A stretch of 63,964 nucleotides of DNA, counting the filler, from Reticulomyxa filosa (lineage: Eukaryota > Protista > Foraminifera), in assembly GCA_000512085.1 (NCBI GenBank). It is 14 parts of 14 records of this genome, joined end to end, with 100 filler letters (N's around TTAATTAATTAA, not from the genome) between each part and the next. Parts side by side here need not be neighbours in the genome. Positions count along the whole stretch, not along the records: positions 22,548 to 29,916 come from ASPP01008245.1; positions 30,017 to 37,068 come from ASPP01023889.1; 12 more parts are not named here. One strand, given 5' to 3'. Both the position numbers and the translations under genes were made by a program. Under the pieces are notes generated by a model that was not told where the DNA came from, ran no database searches, and worked only from the letters and a program-made list of their open reading frames with translations. Within the stretch, counting starts at the first letter, position 1. Every line of letters starts with the position of its first letter. This document shows positions 24,045 to 37,168 of the stretch, in pieces.

Positions 24045-24690
24045 TTGACCTTAAAAAACTCAAATTTGATAAATAATATATTTTCTGCGCTAATTGTGAC
24101 AAAATTTACTATTTTTTTATTCTATTTTTTTTGTTTTTGCGTTTTATCTGATATGTATTTATGTTTTGTTTATGTATGGCTTGGGAAGAGGATGAGACCA
24201 AAAAATTGAGCGTTTTGGTTTGTTTATGTTCTTCTTCCCTTCTTTCATTTGTTCTTCTCATCTTAAATCTAAATGCTGTGATTGTGGCTTTCTGTTGTAG
24301 ATGTTTTACTGTCTCATTTTTTGTTTCTTTCTTTTGTGTGTTTGGCTTTGTCGGCATTTTATGGTTTTTCAATTTTTTTTCCTTCTTCCAATTTTGTTTG
24401 ATGATAGACAATATTACCCTCTTGTTTTCGAGGTTTTGGTTTACAACATAGTCAAATGAAGTGACAACTTTTAACCTCATGAAATATAGTTATCATTTTA
24501 CAAATGTTTTCTCACAAAAGTAATATAAGTACAACGATAGAAGTATATCAATAAATTGACTAAAGCTTGTGTAAGATTTGGAAACTGAATGAACATACTA
24601 AGTGTTAAAAGCCTCATGTTTAATTTTAAGAAGAAAAAAACCTTTTCTTCCTTCCAAATTAATAATGCAAAAAATAAAAAACAAATCAAA

Positions 24691-26478
24691 TTATTCGTTT
24701 GGTTTTGATCTTTTATTTGGTGATGCCATTTCTACATCATTTAAATCTTTTTTTTCATGTTGTGTTTCTTTAAGAGGTCGTTTTTCAGGAGCTTTCCATG
24801 CTCGCATCAAATCTTTGAATTGCGGCGCAACGTCAGTAAACTCTTTCGCATCTATCCAACAAACAGAGCTGCGTTAAGTATGCTTGTGTTTTGCATTCAT
24901 AACAAAGGACGCAAACCTTTTTTCACGATATCATTAATACATTTAATAAAATTGAGCGGATGAGGAGGAGCACGAGAGCTCGGATAACATTCAAGAGGAT
25001 GGTTAGGATCATTTCTTAACACAAATAAATTTCCTTGTTCATCAAACATCATATCACAAATTTCAGCAATATTATTGCTCTTAAGGTTTGTTTTGTTTTT
25101 TATTGCAATGCAAGCATCATGTTCGCTCTGTTTCTCTTTCGAGGCAAATTGGAAGAGGATCACCTCAGAAGACCTTAAAGACATATCAATAAAAAAAATC
25201 ATTACAACAATGGCCAAAAAAATTCCTCAGAATTTTCTGAATTTTTTCTTAAACATCAGAAATATTCATTTTAAATAAATAAAAAAAACTGATTCAAAGC
25301 CACCGCAAAAGAATCTGATTTTTCACAATAAGCCAAATGAGTGATGATGACAGAGTCTTGTTTATCGTGTTCTTTTTTCAAATTCATGGAGATGAAAGCA
25401 ATTTCACTGTTGGGTTTCGCAAAATAATTTGTGTTTGCCTCTTTGTCACTTCGAAAAGAAACTTCGAACAGAAATTGGCCATAAGGCATGCCCCATATGC
25501 GCAATGTTCCATCCAAGGATCCCGTGACTAAATAGTGATCATTCGCTCCCAAACAAAAGCACGATACTGCACTAAGTATATGTCGTCGGTTATTATCGTG
25601 ATCATTAGAGAAATTGCAAATAAAAGGAGGAATTGGGGGAGATAGAGTAACAGAGCGCTGCAGAGTCTAGTGTGTGTCAAATTCAGGAAAAAAAAAATAG
25701 TTCAACTATTGATGCCCCAAACAAAAGCCTTCGATAATGAATGTCTTTGGAAAATGAGATATTCGTACTCGGCCTTCTTTATCACTGGACAAAAAATATT
25801 TTCCATCTTTTGTGAATTGCACGTCAGTCACAATTGATAAATGTCCCATGTTGATTGATTTTGGTTCCAGTGTCAACACATCAAAAAATTTAACGTCACC
25901 AAATTTATCGGCTAATGCCAATACATCATCTGTTTCGCTTATGTCACAACATGCTATTTTTTTCCGGAAAGTTTTTTGCGCTGTTATTGCTATCGCATCT
26001 CCTATTATTTTTTTTTTTGTGTTCACTTTCTTTATTTTGGTATTGGAGTTTTGTCTCTGTTTTTGTTCTCACAAACAAATTCTCAATCCAATAAATATTA
26101 TTCAAAAGAAAATTTTTTTTACTTTCGGATATCGCGATCACTCGGGCACACTTGTTGCTTGTTACGACAGCTAAACATTCCGATTTTTTTGAATAGGATA
26201 TGTCAGATATTATGTCCGGTCCTGTTGGCTCGTGCCTGTCTCCTTTTTCTTCTGTTCTTTTTTCGTCACTTTGTTTTTGTGAACGTTCACTTGCTTGCAG
26301 TTCGTCCCAGTTTTTGGTCCAAAGACTTTTCCCTGTTCTTTTTTTGTTTTTCCCTCCTCAAGAAAAAGCACTATTTTATATTATTGAAAAAGTACGAAAA
26401 GTACCCTTTATCAAAAATGTGGAAATTTGCGCCCCAACCGACACAAACGTAGTCTTTCACAACATATACTTTTGCCAT
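24691..26478 (-). CDS. WDR4: tRNA (guanine-N7)-methyltransferase non-catalytic WD40 subunit Trm82/WDR4 (multi-exon)
   Basis: LADKFGDV, MGHLSIVTDVQFT.DGKYFLSSDKEGRVRISHFP..FIIEGFCLGH and LVTGSLDGTLRIW are Trm82/WDR4 hallmark motifs. Confidence 0.85.
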
Positions 26479-27464
26479 TATCTAAAATATTTATCAAAAA
26501 AAGGGGAATTTTTTGTTATTCTTTGAGTACGTGTTTTGCTTCAAAAACCAAAAAAACGAACAAAGTATCTTTTTTTCAACTTATTTATTTATGATTTTTG
26601 AGACGTATTGATATATGTTTATGGATGTGTCAATCGTGTTATTCTTTTTAACGTCATCAAGTTACACAAACTACAAAATCGGGCAAATGAATAGAGAAAT
26701 TGCTGATATAGTTAAACAAAGGAAAAAAAAAAGAATACACAAGGAGTTGGAGGAAAACCAGCAACGAAAACACCAATGCTCAAACATGTCCGCTCAGAGA
26801 AACGCACTAAAACAGAGGTTTTCATTGAAAAGGGAACGTGATCTAAAGAAAGGAAAAGGCAAAAAGAAAACGAATAAATAGTAACAACAAAAAAGCAAAC
26901 AAAAAAAAAAAAGAAAAAAAAAAATTATAATATATATGTAAATTAATAGTGTCAATATTCACTGTTAAGTCTTTTTTTTTTTGTTTTGTTTTCTTACCTT
27001 TCGCCTTTGATTGTCTCACTTGTAAGGTGCCTTTTAAAAATTTTTTTTTATCCATCAAAAAATGAGGGAAAAAAAAAAAAAAAAAAAAACCACACACAAA
27101 AGAGAGAGAAAACAGAGAAAAAAGAAGTAAGAAAAACACACACGCACACAAAACACATAAAAAAAAGTGTAACATGCGCAAAACAAGTAAGTTAAAATTA
27201 ATGACATTTTGTTTTGTTTTATTTTGTTTTGTTAGTCTCTTTTTTTTTTGCAAAAAAAAAAAAAAAGTAAAAGACACATTCCTTGCAATTCGGAAAAGTG
27301 AAGAAAAGAGGAAAGGATAGACAGAGACAGGGATAACGAGAAAAACACACATACATAACAAATGAACAAATAAAACAAAACAAAAAAAGAAAATAAAATA
27401 AAACTAATAGAGTAAACACAAAAAAATAAAAAAAAGAAAGACATTGACGCAAGATAGCAAATGT

Positions 27465-29830
27465 TTAAGAATGTCCGCTAGTTGATTTGGGAGGTTCTAA
27501 AATCATGTCATCTTCGACACTCCCGATGGATCGATTGGATGGCGAGACGCGCAATGGAGGATTGTGTTCTTGCTGCTGGAGATGGACATTGGCAGCGGCA
27601 GAGGTCCCGTGATTGGGCTTGGGGGTCTGTTGGTTGGTACCAGTTTTGCTGTCAGTCTTCCCCGATTGAGGGACAAAGGGATGCTTGTCAAAGCTCACAA
27701 AGTCGTCTTTGGTCGGAGTGCCGTTCATTTGAACAGGAGACTCGCAATCGATTTTACCAAATTGCAGCAATTTGCACGCCATTTGAGCAAGCGCCACGTC
27801 GCCAAATAATGCAAAAATTATTCGGAAATTGCCGTTCACCGAACCCTCGACGAATCGTAGCGGCGACGCAATTCCACACACTGTTTCGAAGGCACTCTGT
27901 GGCATATTCACGGGGACCCTGGCTCTCACCATGAAGTACACTGAATCCTCCATGCTGTGTCGTCGCGGATGCGTTCCACGAGCAGAGGAATCCAATGACA
28001 TTATCGAGTACGCGACGCTACTGTATTATCAATCCGTTATTTTTGTGGCATTATGTATTTGTGTATACGTCATCTTATTTATTTATTTTTTTTTTAGAGG
28101 GAGGGGAAAAAAAATCAACTTTGGAACAGAAATACTAGGCTCTCTTTGAGTTGGATCCCTGGTCCAACTGACATTTAGAGAATGCTTACTCGCTGGACCC
28201 ATTGACTTTTTCGTTCTTTGTGAATGAACGGCACTGAAACGCGCATGTTTATGTGGTTCGGCCAAATAAGAAAGCGTCGCTTGGCGTTTTCGAGAAGTGC
28301 GGTCACTGAGCACACTGCTTCGTTTTAGAGTGTGCTCGGTGCTTCGAGTCAGTCGTGTGCGTTCGGTATGTTCTGTTTCGCTGTGAGCCATGCTATATTC
28401 ACTCAACGCATCGTCCATTAGTAATTGATCGTCGTCGTTTTCCTCGTGCACATGCTGATGATGATGCGAGTCTATATGAGATTTCTCTTCTTCATTATCA
28501 TCTTGTGCTTCATCACCATGTTCTTCGTCTTCTTCTTCTCTTCCTGTCTCTTCATCATCTTCATTTTCATCTTCCTCTTCTTCTTCTTCTTCTTCTTCTT
28601 CTTCTTCTTCTTGAACTCCTGTTTCACTTTCCTCCTCCTTCTTCTTCTTCTTCTTCTTCTTCTTCTTCTTCAAACTCGTCTTCGTTTTCATTTTCATCGT
28701 CGTCATTATTATGGTTCGTATCATCAACACGTTTTGACCACTCTTCGCCATTATTGTCATGTGCATGTGCGTGTTTGTGTTTCTGTTTCTGTCCGTAACG
28801 GCCATAATCAGGTCTGGCTTCGTGCAGATGGAGTGGAGTTGCGGTAGCCCTGGTAGACAGACGTTTTTCGGGTGAACGATTGGCACGAGCACGACGACCA
28901 TTGGTATTGTGTTGATTGGTCCTTTTGATTGTCACTGGTGGTTGATGTCGTCGACCTGGACGATCTCCGTTGGTTCTTTTTTCAGCTCCGTGGATGACCT
29001 CACTATCGCTCTCCCGTTTCACATCGTCTGCACTTTCGTTGTCGCTTTTGCTGTCGCTGACATTGCCATCCCTCTCCGAGCCTATGGTCATCGTGTCACT
29101 TCGCTCGTGCTTCCCACTGCCATTCGCATCATTGCCATCTGCGCGTTTGCCATATTTCGTCTTCTTCTTGCTCTTCTTGTTCTTGTGACTATGCTTGCTC
29201 TTATGATGCTTTGCATGTTCGTGCTTGTCTTTATGTTTGTGGCGATGCTTGTGCTTGCGCTTGTGTTTCGACTTCCCATCGTGGCTCGCATGGCTGTTCT
29301 TTCGTGTCTCTTTCATTCCGTTGTCATTATCATTATCATTATCATTGTCATTGTCATTGTCATTGTCATTGTCATCGTTGTTGTCTTCGTCGTTGTGATT
29401 GTCTCTTTTCCCATTACTCTTCGTTCCATTCTTTTTTTTTCCTTCGACCAACTTTTGCAATTTTTTTTCACTTGCACTTGCCCTTTAATGTCCTCTTCTT
29501 TTCCTTCTATTTTCATTGCCTTTTTGCTGTTCCCATTTATACCACTATTGCCATTCACATTCATATTTCCATTTGCATTTCCATTTACATTTCCGTTGGA
29601 GTTCAAACTGCTAGGTATAGTTCGTGAAGAGACCATTTTTTCTGGCGCTCCGTTCCTATCTTTTTCTGTACTGCTTTTGCTGTTTTCAGCTTTTTCATTG
29701 CTTCGAGAATAATTTGAATTCAATTGTTTTTGTCCATTTTGATTTTGAATTTGATTATTTGGATTTAGGCTCACTGTTATATTCGGATTGATACCTGTCG
29801 CTGTTTGAATGCCACTGCTTGCACTTATGC
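27465..29830 (-). CDS. Low-complexity (N/D-, K/H-, E-rich) protein with a small C-terminal alpha/beta (possibly RRM-like) domain; 5' end truncated
   Basis: ORFs 29313-29774, 28624-29460, 28083-28901 and 27465-28001 chain on one strand through apparent frameshifts and one intron. Globular stretch VYFMVRARVP...IIFALFGDVALAQMACKLL. Confidence 0.6.
28577..28671. repeat. (TTC)n microsatellites encoding poly-Glu on the minus strand
   Basis: Two visible TTC tracts. Confidence 0.9.
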
Positions 29831-30016
29831 TACCTGTTCATCACAGCCAATTTTTCAAACAAACAAACAAACAAAAAAAAAAAAAGGATAAAAAAAAAAA
29901 AAAAAAAAAAAAAAAANNNNNNNNNNNNNNNNNNNNNNNNNNNNNNNNNNNNNNNNNNNNTTAATTAATTAANNNNNNNNNNNNNNNNNNNNNNNNNNNN
30001 NNNNNNNNNNNNNNNN

Positions 30017-30607
30017 GACTGGCTACAGAAAATGATGGGAGTATTTATACCCTTTTGATTTCACATGTATTACACTTCTTTTTAAGATTTTATATAACAG
30101 AATAATGCTACTCTTGAAACTATTTATTGAAATTGTTTGGCAAATATCAATTTCCAATGAGAACGTCATGTTGTGGTTATGACATTCAAAATATTGTTTG
30201 TAATGTTCATTGAAGGCAAAAAAACCATTAACTTTGTTGTCACGTATACATTTTTGTTTGAAACCATTTAACAGATATCCAATAATGATTTGACTTATCA
30301 TTAGATATGCATGATTGCTTGTGCTATTTGTATTCCTCAAAAATCAAATTGTGATTTGGAAATGTTTTTTTTTTTTTTGGATAATTGGGTAGCGTGTGTC
30401 CATAATCATTATTTTGGAAGATTGGATTCCTTGAAATCCATGTACATTCCAATTTTGAAATATCATAATAGTGCAGATGAAACACTGTCTAGTCAACGTT
30501 CCTGCTGTTGTTATTTAATACATAAAAGTTATCGATTTGGAATCAACTTCCTTTCGTTGTTGAAAATCGTTTTCAAATACTTTGTGACATGATAATTGGT
30601 CATTCAT
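30017..30607 (-). CDS. Possible hypothetical gene fragment divergent from PARG
   Basis: MNDQLSCHKVFENDFQQRKE followed by open stretches, including ORF 30023-30340. Needs an intron and a homopolymer correction. Confidence 0.3.
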
Positions 30608-30751
30608 GCTTTTTGAAAATGGTTGCTTTTAATTTTTTTTTAAAAAAAAATCTGTTGATTAAATTTTTTCGTGTTTGTTGTTCTTCCAAAAAAGGTTGCA
30701 AAAGTTCCAAGTTTGTTTAAAAAAAAAAGGTGGCTTTATCTGTATAAATAA

Positions 30752-32544
30752 ATGGAAGATCTTTCGACAACTACTGATGTCTTGATATTGCCTTGTCATG
30801 ACTCACAAATTTGTAATGATCCTCTAAGTTTGACAGGAAACTATGATTCGTTGGAAGTACCAAAATGGGAATTGCTTTCAACAGGTGATAAACAAAACAA
30901 AACAAAATAAAAATCGAATACATTAATACACTATAATGAAAAAAAAAAAAAAAAGTAATTATCCCAATGTCGTGAAAAACTATTATCAAATCACAAGAAA
31001 TTATCAAAAAAAGAATGGTCATTGGAGGTTTATGTGACACAAAGCATTGATACAGTAATAACAGATACAATAAGTGTAATTCAAAATTCATTAAATAGTA
31101 ATAAGAAAATAAATGAAAATAAGCCAATGAAAAGTTCTCCATTCGAATCATTGAAATTTGCATTGAATTGTTTGAGTACATTACAACCCAATTTTTTTGA
31201 AACTTTATTTCATATTGCATTACCACAATCAATTAATGTAAAATTATATTTTTGTATATTGTATTGTATTTCATTGTATTCTTAAATTAAATAAATATTA
31301 AAAAAATAATTACACAAAAGATTGCATTAGAAATGAAAGAATTATTTGAAAAACCTTATATTATAGAATGGAAAGAAGAAAAAATAAATGAAAAAGAAGA
31401 AGAAAAAGAAGAAGGAATTAAAAAAAAACAAAAAAAAGAAAAAATAGAATTAAATCGAAAACAAATTTGGTGTTTATTAACACATATGTTTTTTACAACA
31501 ATGGATGAATCAATACATAAATATTGGAATAATTTTGATATATGGTATCATTGTGAAGAATCTAATAATTGTGTATTTTCATATTTATTAACATTATTTC
31601 ATTATTTTATACATATATCATTAAATGATAATGAAATACAAAATATAAATCCTAAAAATATTATTTTTGAAAAAATTACTTTAGAAGATAATGATAATTA
31701 TGATTATAATATTGATTGTAATAAAGGAGAATGTAATAATATAAAATGGATAAATTTATATGATAAAAAAAATAATATGTTATTTGATTATAATGAATCA
31801 CAATCAATAGAATTTGTTGTTGATTTTGCAAATTCTTATGTTGGATTTGGAATTTCTGGGACACAAGAAGAAATGATTTTAGGAAGTTCTCCTGAATCTT
31901 GTATAATTATGTTATTATCTCCAAATCCAATGAAATATGGACAAATTATTGTTATTCAAAATGTTTATGTTATTGCAAAATTTAAAAATTATGGAAGAAA
32001 TCTTAGTTTTGAAAAATGTTTAATAAAAGATTGTAATAAAAAAGATAATATATCTACTTTATTTTTAAGACATATTATTGCTGCAGATGCAAGTGAATTA
32101 GATATAAATGAAAATATAAAAAATACAGAAAATATTAAAATATTAGATTTACAAAATAAATATTTAAAAAGAGATTTTATAAAAGCTATTGCAATTATGT
32201 CATTATTTCAATCTAATTTATTAAATCAAGATATTTTTATTCGATCTGGTCTTTGGGGTTGTGGAGCTTTTTGTGGAAATAAATTTATTAAAACATTAAT
32301 TCAATTTGTTGCTGCACATATTTTTTTAAAAGTTAATCCAAATATTCATTTTAAATTTTATTGTATTGATGATTCTTTACAAGAAGATTCTTTTTCTTAT
32401 TCTTTATTTTCTTTTCTTAAATATAAACATGATAATCATATTTGTTGGAATCATATTTGGAGATTTGTTTTGAATAATAAATCTTTATTTCAATTAGATG
32501 ATAATATTTTTCAAATTATTATTCAAAAAAATAAAATAAATTAA
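30752..32544 (+). CDS. PARG: Poly(ADP-ribose) glycohydrolase
   Basis: Catalytic VDFANSYVGFGISGTQEEMILGSSPE and SGLWGCGAFCGNKFIK, plus CLLTHMFF. Exons approximately 30752-30884, 31014-31237 and 31321-32544. Confidence 0.9.
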
Positions 32545-32639
32545 CAATTTATTTGTTTAAACATTTTATTAAAAAAATTTGAATTAATTTAAGTAATATT
32601 AATATTATAGTTACACTTTCATTAATAATAATCATTATT

Positions 32640-33980
32640 TTAACGGATTGTTGGCATTCTGAAATTCGACGAAACATTTCTATTTATAAATTAATCTTAT
32701 TACATATATACATATACATATACACATATATCATATATATACCAGTAGAATATACTGCAAATACAATATAAGTGGCATAATTCCATCGTAAATAACGATT
32801 ATATATTGTAATAAATTCAAGGAAACCATAAATAAATAAACAAAATATCCAAAATATTAGTAGGATATTTGAAGCAAAGGTATCACTAACATGGAATCGA
32901 TATTTAATGCATAAAGAGATAGCAATGCAAGTAGCATATAATGTCATTGTAACAACATAAAGAATTCCATTTAAAACCAAAACAATAAGATAATTGCTTT
33001 TTCGTTTAGTAAGTTGTTTGTTAAGAAAAGATAGAGGCAATTCTGGAGTCATCCATTCATCAATCTTATTATTACTATTTGCGCGTATTGATTGTTCTTT
33101 TTCTTGTATTTGTGATATATTCTTGTTATCCATAATATCAAATTGTTGTAAACTCACACCAATTGACTCACTCTCATTTATGCATGAATCATCACGAATA
33201 AGATCTTTTCCTAAATTCTTCTAAAGAACATACATGTGTATGCAATGTTATTTTTGTGTATAATTTTTTTATTTAAATAAAGAAAGTAACTATTTTATTT
33301 TGTTGTCTACAATTGAAACAATTTGCAAGAGGGGACAATGATAATGATATATCTTGTTGTTCACATTCTGATAAGTTATCATTATGATAATGATAATCAA
33401 ATATGTGTCGAAAACATATATATGCACATATCAATAACAGCATACACATAGCCACTCCACATATCACACTCACAATATCTAAATCTGTTGTTAAACACAC
33501 TGTCCACAATGCATTACATAAAGTTGCCAAAAAATAACATATATAAAATCCATGGACAAATATCTTTGTGCCATGTTCTGCCAATATTATGCTCATATAG
33601 ACAAGCCATAAACATTGCCTTTTTATTTATATTTATATTTATATATGTATGCATATATGTCTATATGCATCAAAAAAAAAAAGTTATAACCAAATGTATG
33701 CAACAACCCATTGATAGGAAGTCCCTTCTAAATTTGCAATTTGTAATTTATGAGTATTTTGGAATTCGTAAACAGTTTTATCTGCACATATATTGTTTAT
33801 ATAAATTTTTTTCAATCAAAAAAAATAAAAATAAAAATAAAATTTAAACTTCCAATGCTTCCTTCTTCTCCAAAATACTCCACAATAACAATCAGAATGG
33901 CTCCAAACCATACTAAAACAATCCATATTGTTTCTTTAACACATGATGTTTGTTCACATGGAAACCATTGCTCATGCATT
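32640..33980 (-). CDS. Multi-pass membrane protein (multi-exon), function unknown
   Basis: Hydrophobic exons: IWIVLVWFGAILIVIV; FYICYFLATLCNALWTV; IVSVICGVAMCMLLLICAYICF; YLIVLVLNGILYVVTMTLYA; ILLIFWIFCLFIYGFLEF; YATYIVFAVY. Boundaries approximate. Confidence 0.65.
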
Positions 33981-34281
33981 GTTTTTGTTTTTTTATCTAA
34001 TTTTATATGCATGTGTTATCATATATTATTATTCAAAATTGGACCAAATCTTGCACACAAAAAAAAAAAATGCACACATACTTTGCTTTTTGGTTTCTGA
34101 GTTTCGTTTTATATATTTAGCCAGTGTAAGATCACATGAAGTGTTAAGATTAAGTACAAGATCTTTCTCTTCTTTTTCTTCTAAAGGAATTGTCACTAAC
34201 TTTGACTTAAAATGAGTCATCACAAAACTACAATGTTTTTTTTAAAAAAAAAAAGTGAATTTTCACTAAATTATCAATTAA

Positions 34282-36148
34282 TTAATCACACATTAAAATA
34301 TAATGTGATAACGGAGATAAATTCCAAGCTTTTTTGCAAATAAATGTGTTCAAATCATTTGGCTTCACATTAAAATATTTACGCAAGAAACCAAACACTT
34401 GCAAAAGATCCAAACTTTGTAAACACTTTTCACCTGTCTTTTCAAGGCATTGATAAAATAATGATTCATTACATTCACATCCTTGATTAAGCATTTCTCT
34501 AATATCTGCCACTAATTTAACAACATCTTTTGGTATATTTGATTTTTTTAAAAATATTTCCAAATTTGTGTCACTTCGAAAAGATTTAGGAGGAAATGCT
34601 CCAATATTTATATGCTTCCATTTTTGCAAAGTATTTTGTGTTGCATAAAGTCTTTCCACAAAAACTAAGACTTTTCGATACAATTTTTTAGATATTAATT
34701 CATTTTCATTATTTATGTTTTCGTTTGCAAGTTTTGCTTTGGACCAAATACTGGAATTAGTTTCAAGTGCAGCGTATTGTTTAGGATGCAAACATACATC
34801 AATTGCTTTACGCAAACATTTTGTATCTTGATATACTTCAATGCGGTCATATTTGTCTTTACAAAGTCTTTCAAACAGTTGCACTTGTAATGACTCACTC
34901 ATTTCAATAAATTGTTTGTTCCATGAACAATCGACTTTGCGTGAAACAGTGCATGAGTTATTCTTGTCACTCAAAGACTGAGTGCAGTTTGTTGAACTGA
35001 GCATTTTTTGAGAAAAGACTCCCTCCGGAGACGCTAGCCTAAGAGTTGATGGATTTAGTTTCTTTTGAAGCTCAAGCACAGCAGGAGCGTCTTTTTTCAT
35101 ATTCGGCTTTGTCCCTTTTTTTTTTGAGCTTGCTTGTTTAGGAATATTCAATACTCCAAACAGTTTTCCACTACACTCAGCTTGATTTTGTATAATTTTA
35201 GACAAAGGGATTCCATTCTATAATGTTTTTTAAAAAACAATTCATTGATATTTTTGGAAAAGAAAAATCGGTTTGTTGGAGGAAATAAAAATACTTTTGC
35301 TTGTCGATATCTCATTTCTGACTCTTCTAAAAATTGTTTGGGGAAACGAGACAACTTTAAGTCTTTATCAAGTACTAGATTTTCGTCTGTTTCTTTCCCC
35401 CCATCACATTTTTTTTAAAATTTGCAAATAAAGAAAAATAGCTCAGAGTGAATGTTCAAAAAAAACTTTGGGATCCACTATTACGCAATTCATTGGTCTC
35501 ATTCAAAGTCAAATTTTCTTGTTTGCCAATGGTTGTTGACAATGCCTGGGATGTTTCACAACGCTTTGTTTGTACAGACAAAGTTGCAGCCTTTTGTGTG
35601 TTTTTTCGTTTCAACTTCAAGCTGTTCGATTTTATTTATTTTTTTTTGCGATACTGTTGCGTCTCATGATTAAAAGTGTCAATGCATTGAAAACAAACCG
35701 CCTTTCTTCTTGTTTTTGCAGTGCCTGATCAACAAGGGTTAAGTCAGGACCAAGTCTTGGTTCAAATGGTTTCCCTGAAATTGACCAAACCCCTTTTGGT
35801 TCAATGTTCATCGTTTCTACATACTTGCTCAAAAAGTAATTTGTGCTTTCGATATCATTTCTTTGTTTTGTTTTTATTTTTTTAACAATTTCCAAAAACT
35901 TATGATATTCGATACGTTTGCGAACAGAAAAACTAAAAAAATAAAAATTTTAATGAATACATATTGCTTTTATTTTTCACTGTGTTTGTTGATCCCAGTA
36001 TTGTTCTTTTTGCTCTGGTGTTTGCACGTTGTTGTTTTTGCGGTGCAAGATGTTCAGCAATAGCACCACTTTCTTGCTCATCGTTGGAGATTTGTGAAAG
36101 TTTAATTTTTGGTTCATGATCTTCTATTTCAATGTTCCTCACTTCCAT
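34282..36148 (-). CDS. Hypothetical multi-exon protein
   Basis: Same-strand ORFs 35933-36166, 35632-35895, 35148-35354 and 34282-35205 with protein-like composition. No family recognised. Confidence 0.55.
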
Positions 36149-36552
36149 TCTTTTGTACCGATACAAAAGAATAGATGATAGTGTTTTTTTTTTCTACTCC
36201 CTCACGTGCCAAACTGAACGTCGAACTCAGCTAATGTTGTTTATGAGAACCAACACTAACACACTGACACACTGACAAAAGATTATATATTTTGCACGGT
36301 AGTTGCCACGTCTTTTAACCCTAAAGCAAAAAAAAAATTTTAAAGAAATGAATAAAAAAAAGATGTTTGCAAGAAACCTAATTGGATTGGAAAAAATTTT
36401 TCCAACGAAGCAATTATCAAATTGGCTGGGGGAAAAAAAAAAGAACGAGAATAGGATTATAAAAGGAAAAAATTTGGATTTGTCAGCAAATAGTTTGAAT
36501 TTGTGTTTAAGAAGAAGAACGCACGTTAAATTAGAAAAAGAAGGAAGGGCGT

Positions 36553-37041
36553 TTACAATTTGACAGTGGGGAGATGGCTTTGGTCGTGTGAAAAGGCCTG
36601 TATCCCAGTGATTCCCCTACCGAGGATGAGAGCATGAACATCCTGTGTGCCTTCGTACGTATTGACTGTTTCCAAGTTGCAAAGATGACGCATGACATGA
36701 TACTCGTCGACGATGCCGTTACCACCGAGCATATCTCTGCAATGTCTAGCAGCGTCGAGTGCCTTCAAGCACGAGTTTCTCTTGACGATCGAAATCTGAA
36801 TGGGATGACAAAGGCCCTCATCCTTGAGTCTGCCAACTTGCAGGCATCCTTCCAAGCCCAGACTGACATCCGTCACAATCTGTGCCATCTTGTATTGGAT
36901 CAGTTGGTAGCTTGACAGCGAATACCCAAACATTTTCCGGTCGTTCGTATATTGCAGCGCACGTTCCAAGCAGTCTTCTGCCGCGCCCAGAGCGCCCCAC
37001 GCGATACCATAGCGAGCATTATTTAAACACGAAAACGGTCC
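36553..37041 (-). CDS. GCDH: Glutaryl-CoA dehydrogenase, last exon
   Basis: [24 protein letters not shown]...QLIQYK..KRNSC.KAL...[49 protein letters not shown]. Confidence 0.93.
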   Translation of the reverse strand, partial: GPFSCLNNARYGIAWGALGAAEDCLERALQYTNDRKMFGYSLSSYQLIQYKMAQIVTDVSLGLEGCLQVGRLKDEGLCHPIQISIVKRNSCLKALDAARHCRDMLGGNGIVDEYHVMRHLCNLETVNTYEGTQDVHALILGRGITGIQAFSHDQSHLPTVKL

Positions 37042-37168
37042 CTTTTTTTTTTTTTTTTTTTTTTTTTTNNNNNNNNNNNNNNNNNNNNNNNNNNNNNNNN
37101 NNNNNNNNNNNNTTAATTAATTAANNNNNNNNNNNNNNNNNNNNNNNNNNNNNNNNNNNNNNNNNNNN

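Noticed and set aside
26615-27452. Several short Phe/Lys-rich ORFs
   Set aside because: A/T homopolymer-rich intergenic or 3' UTR sequence. The ORFs are compositional artefacts.
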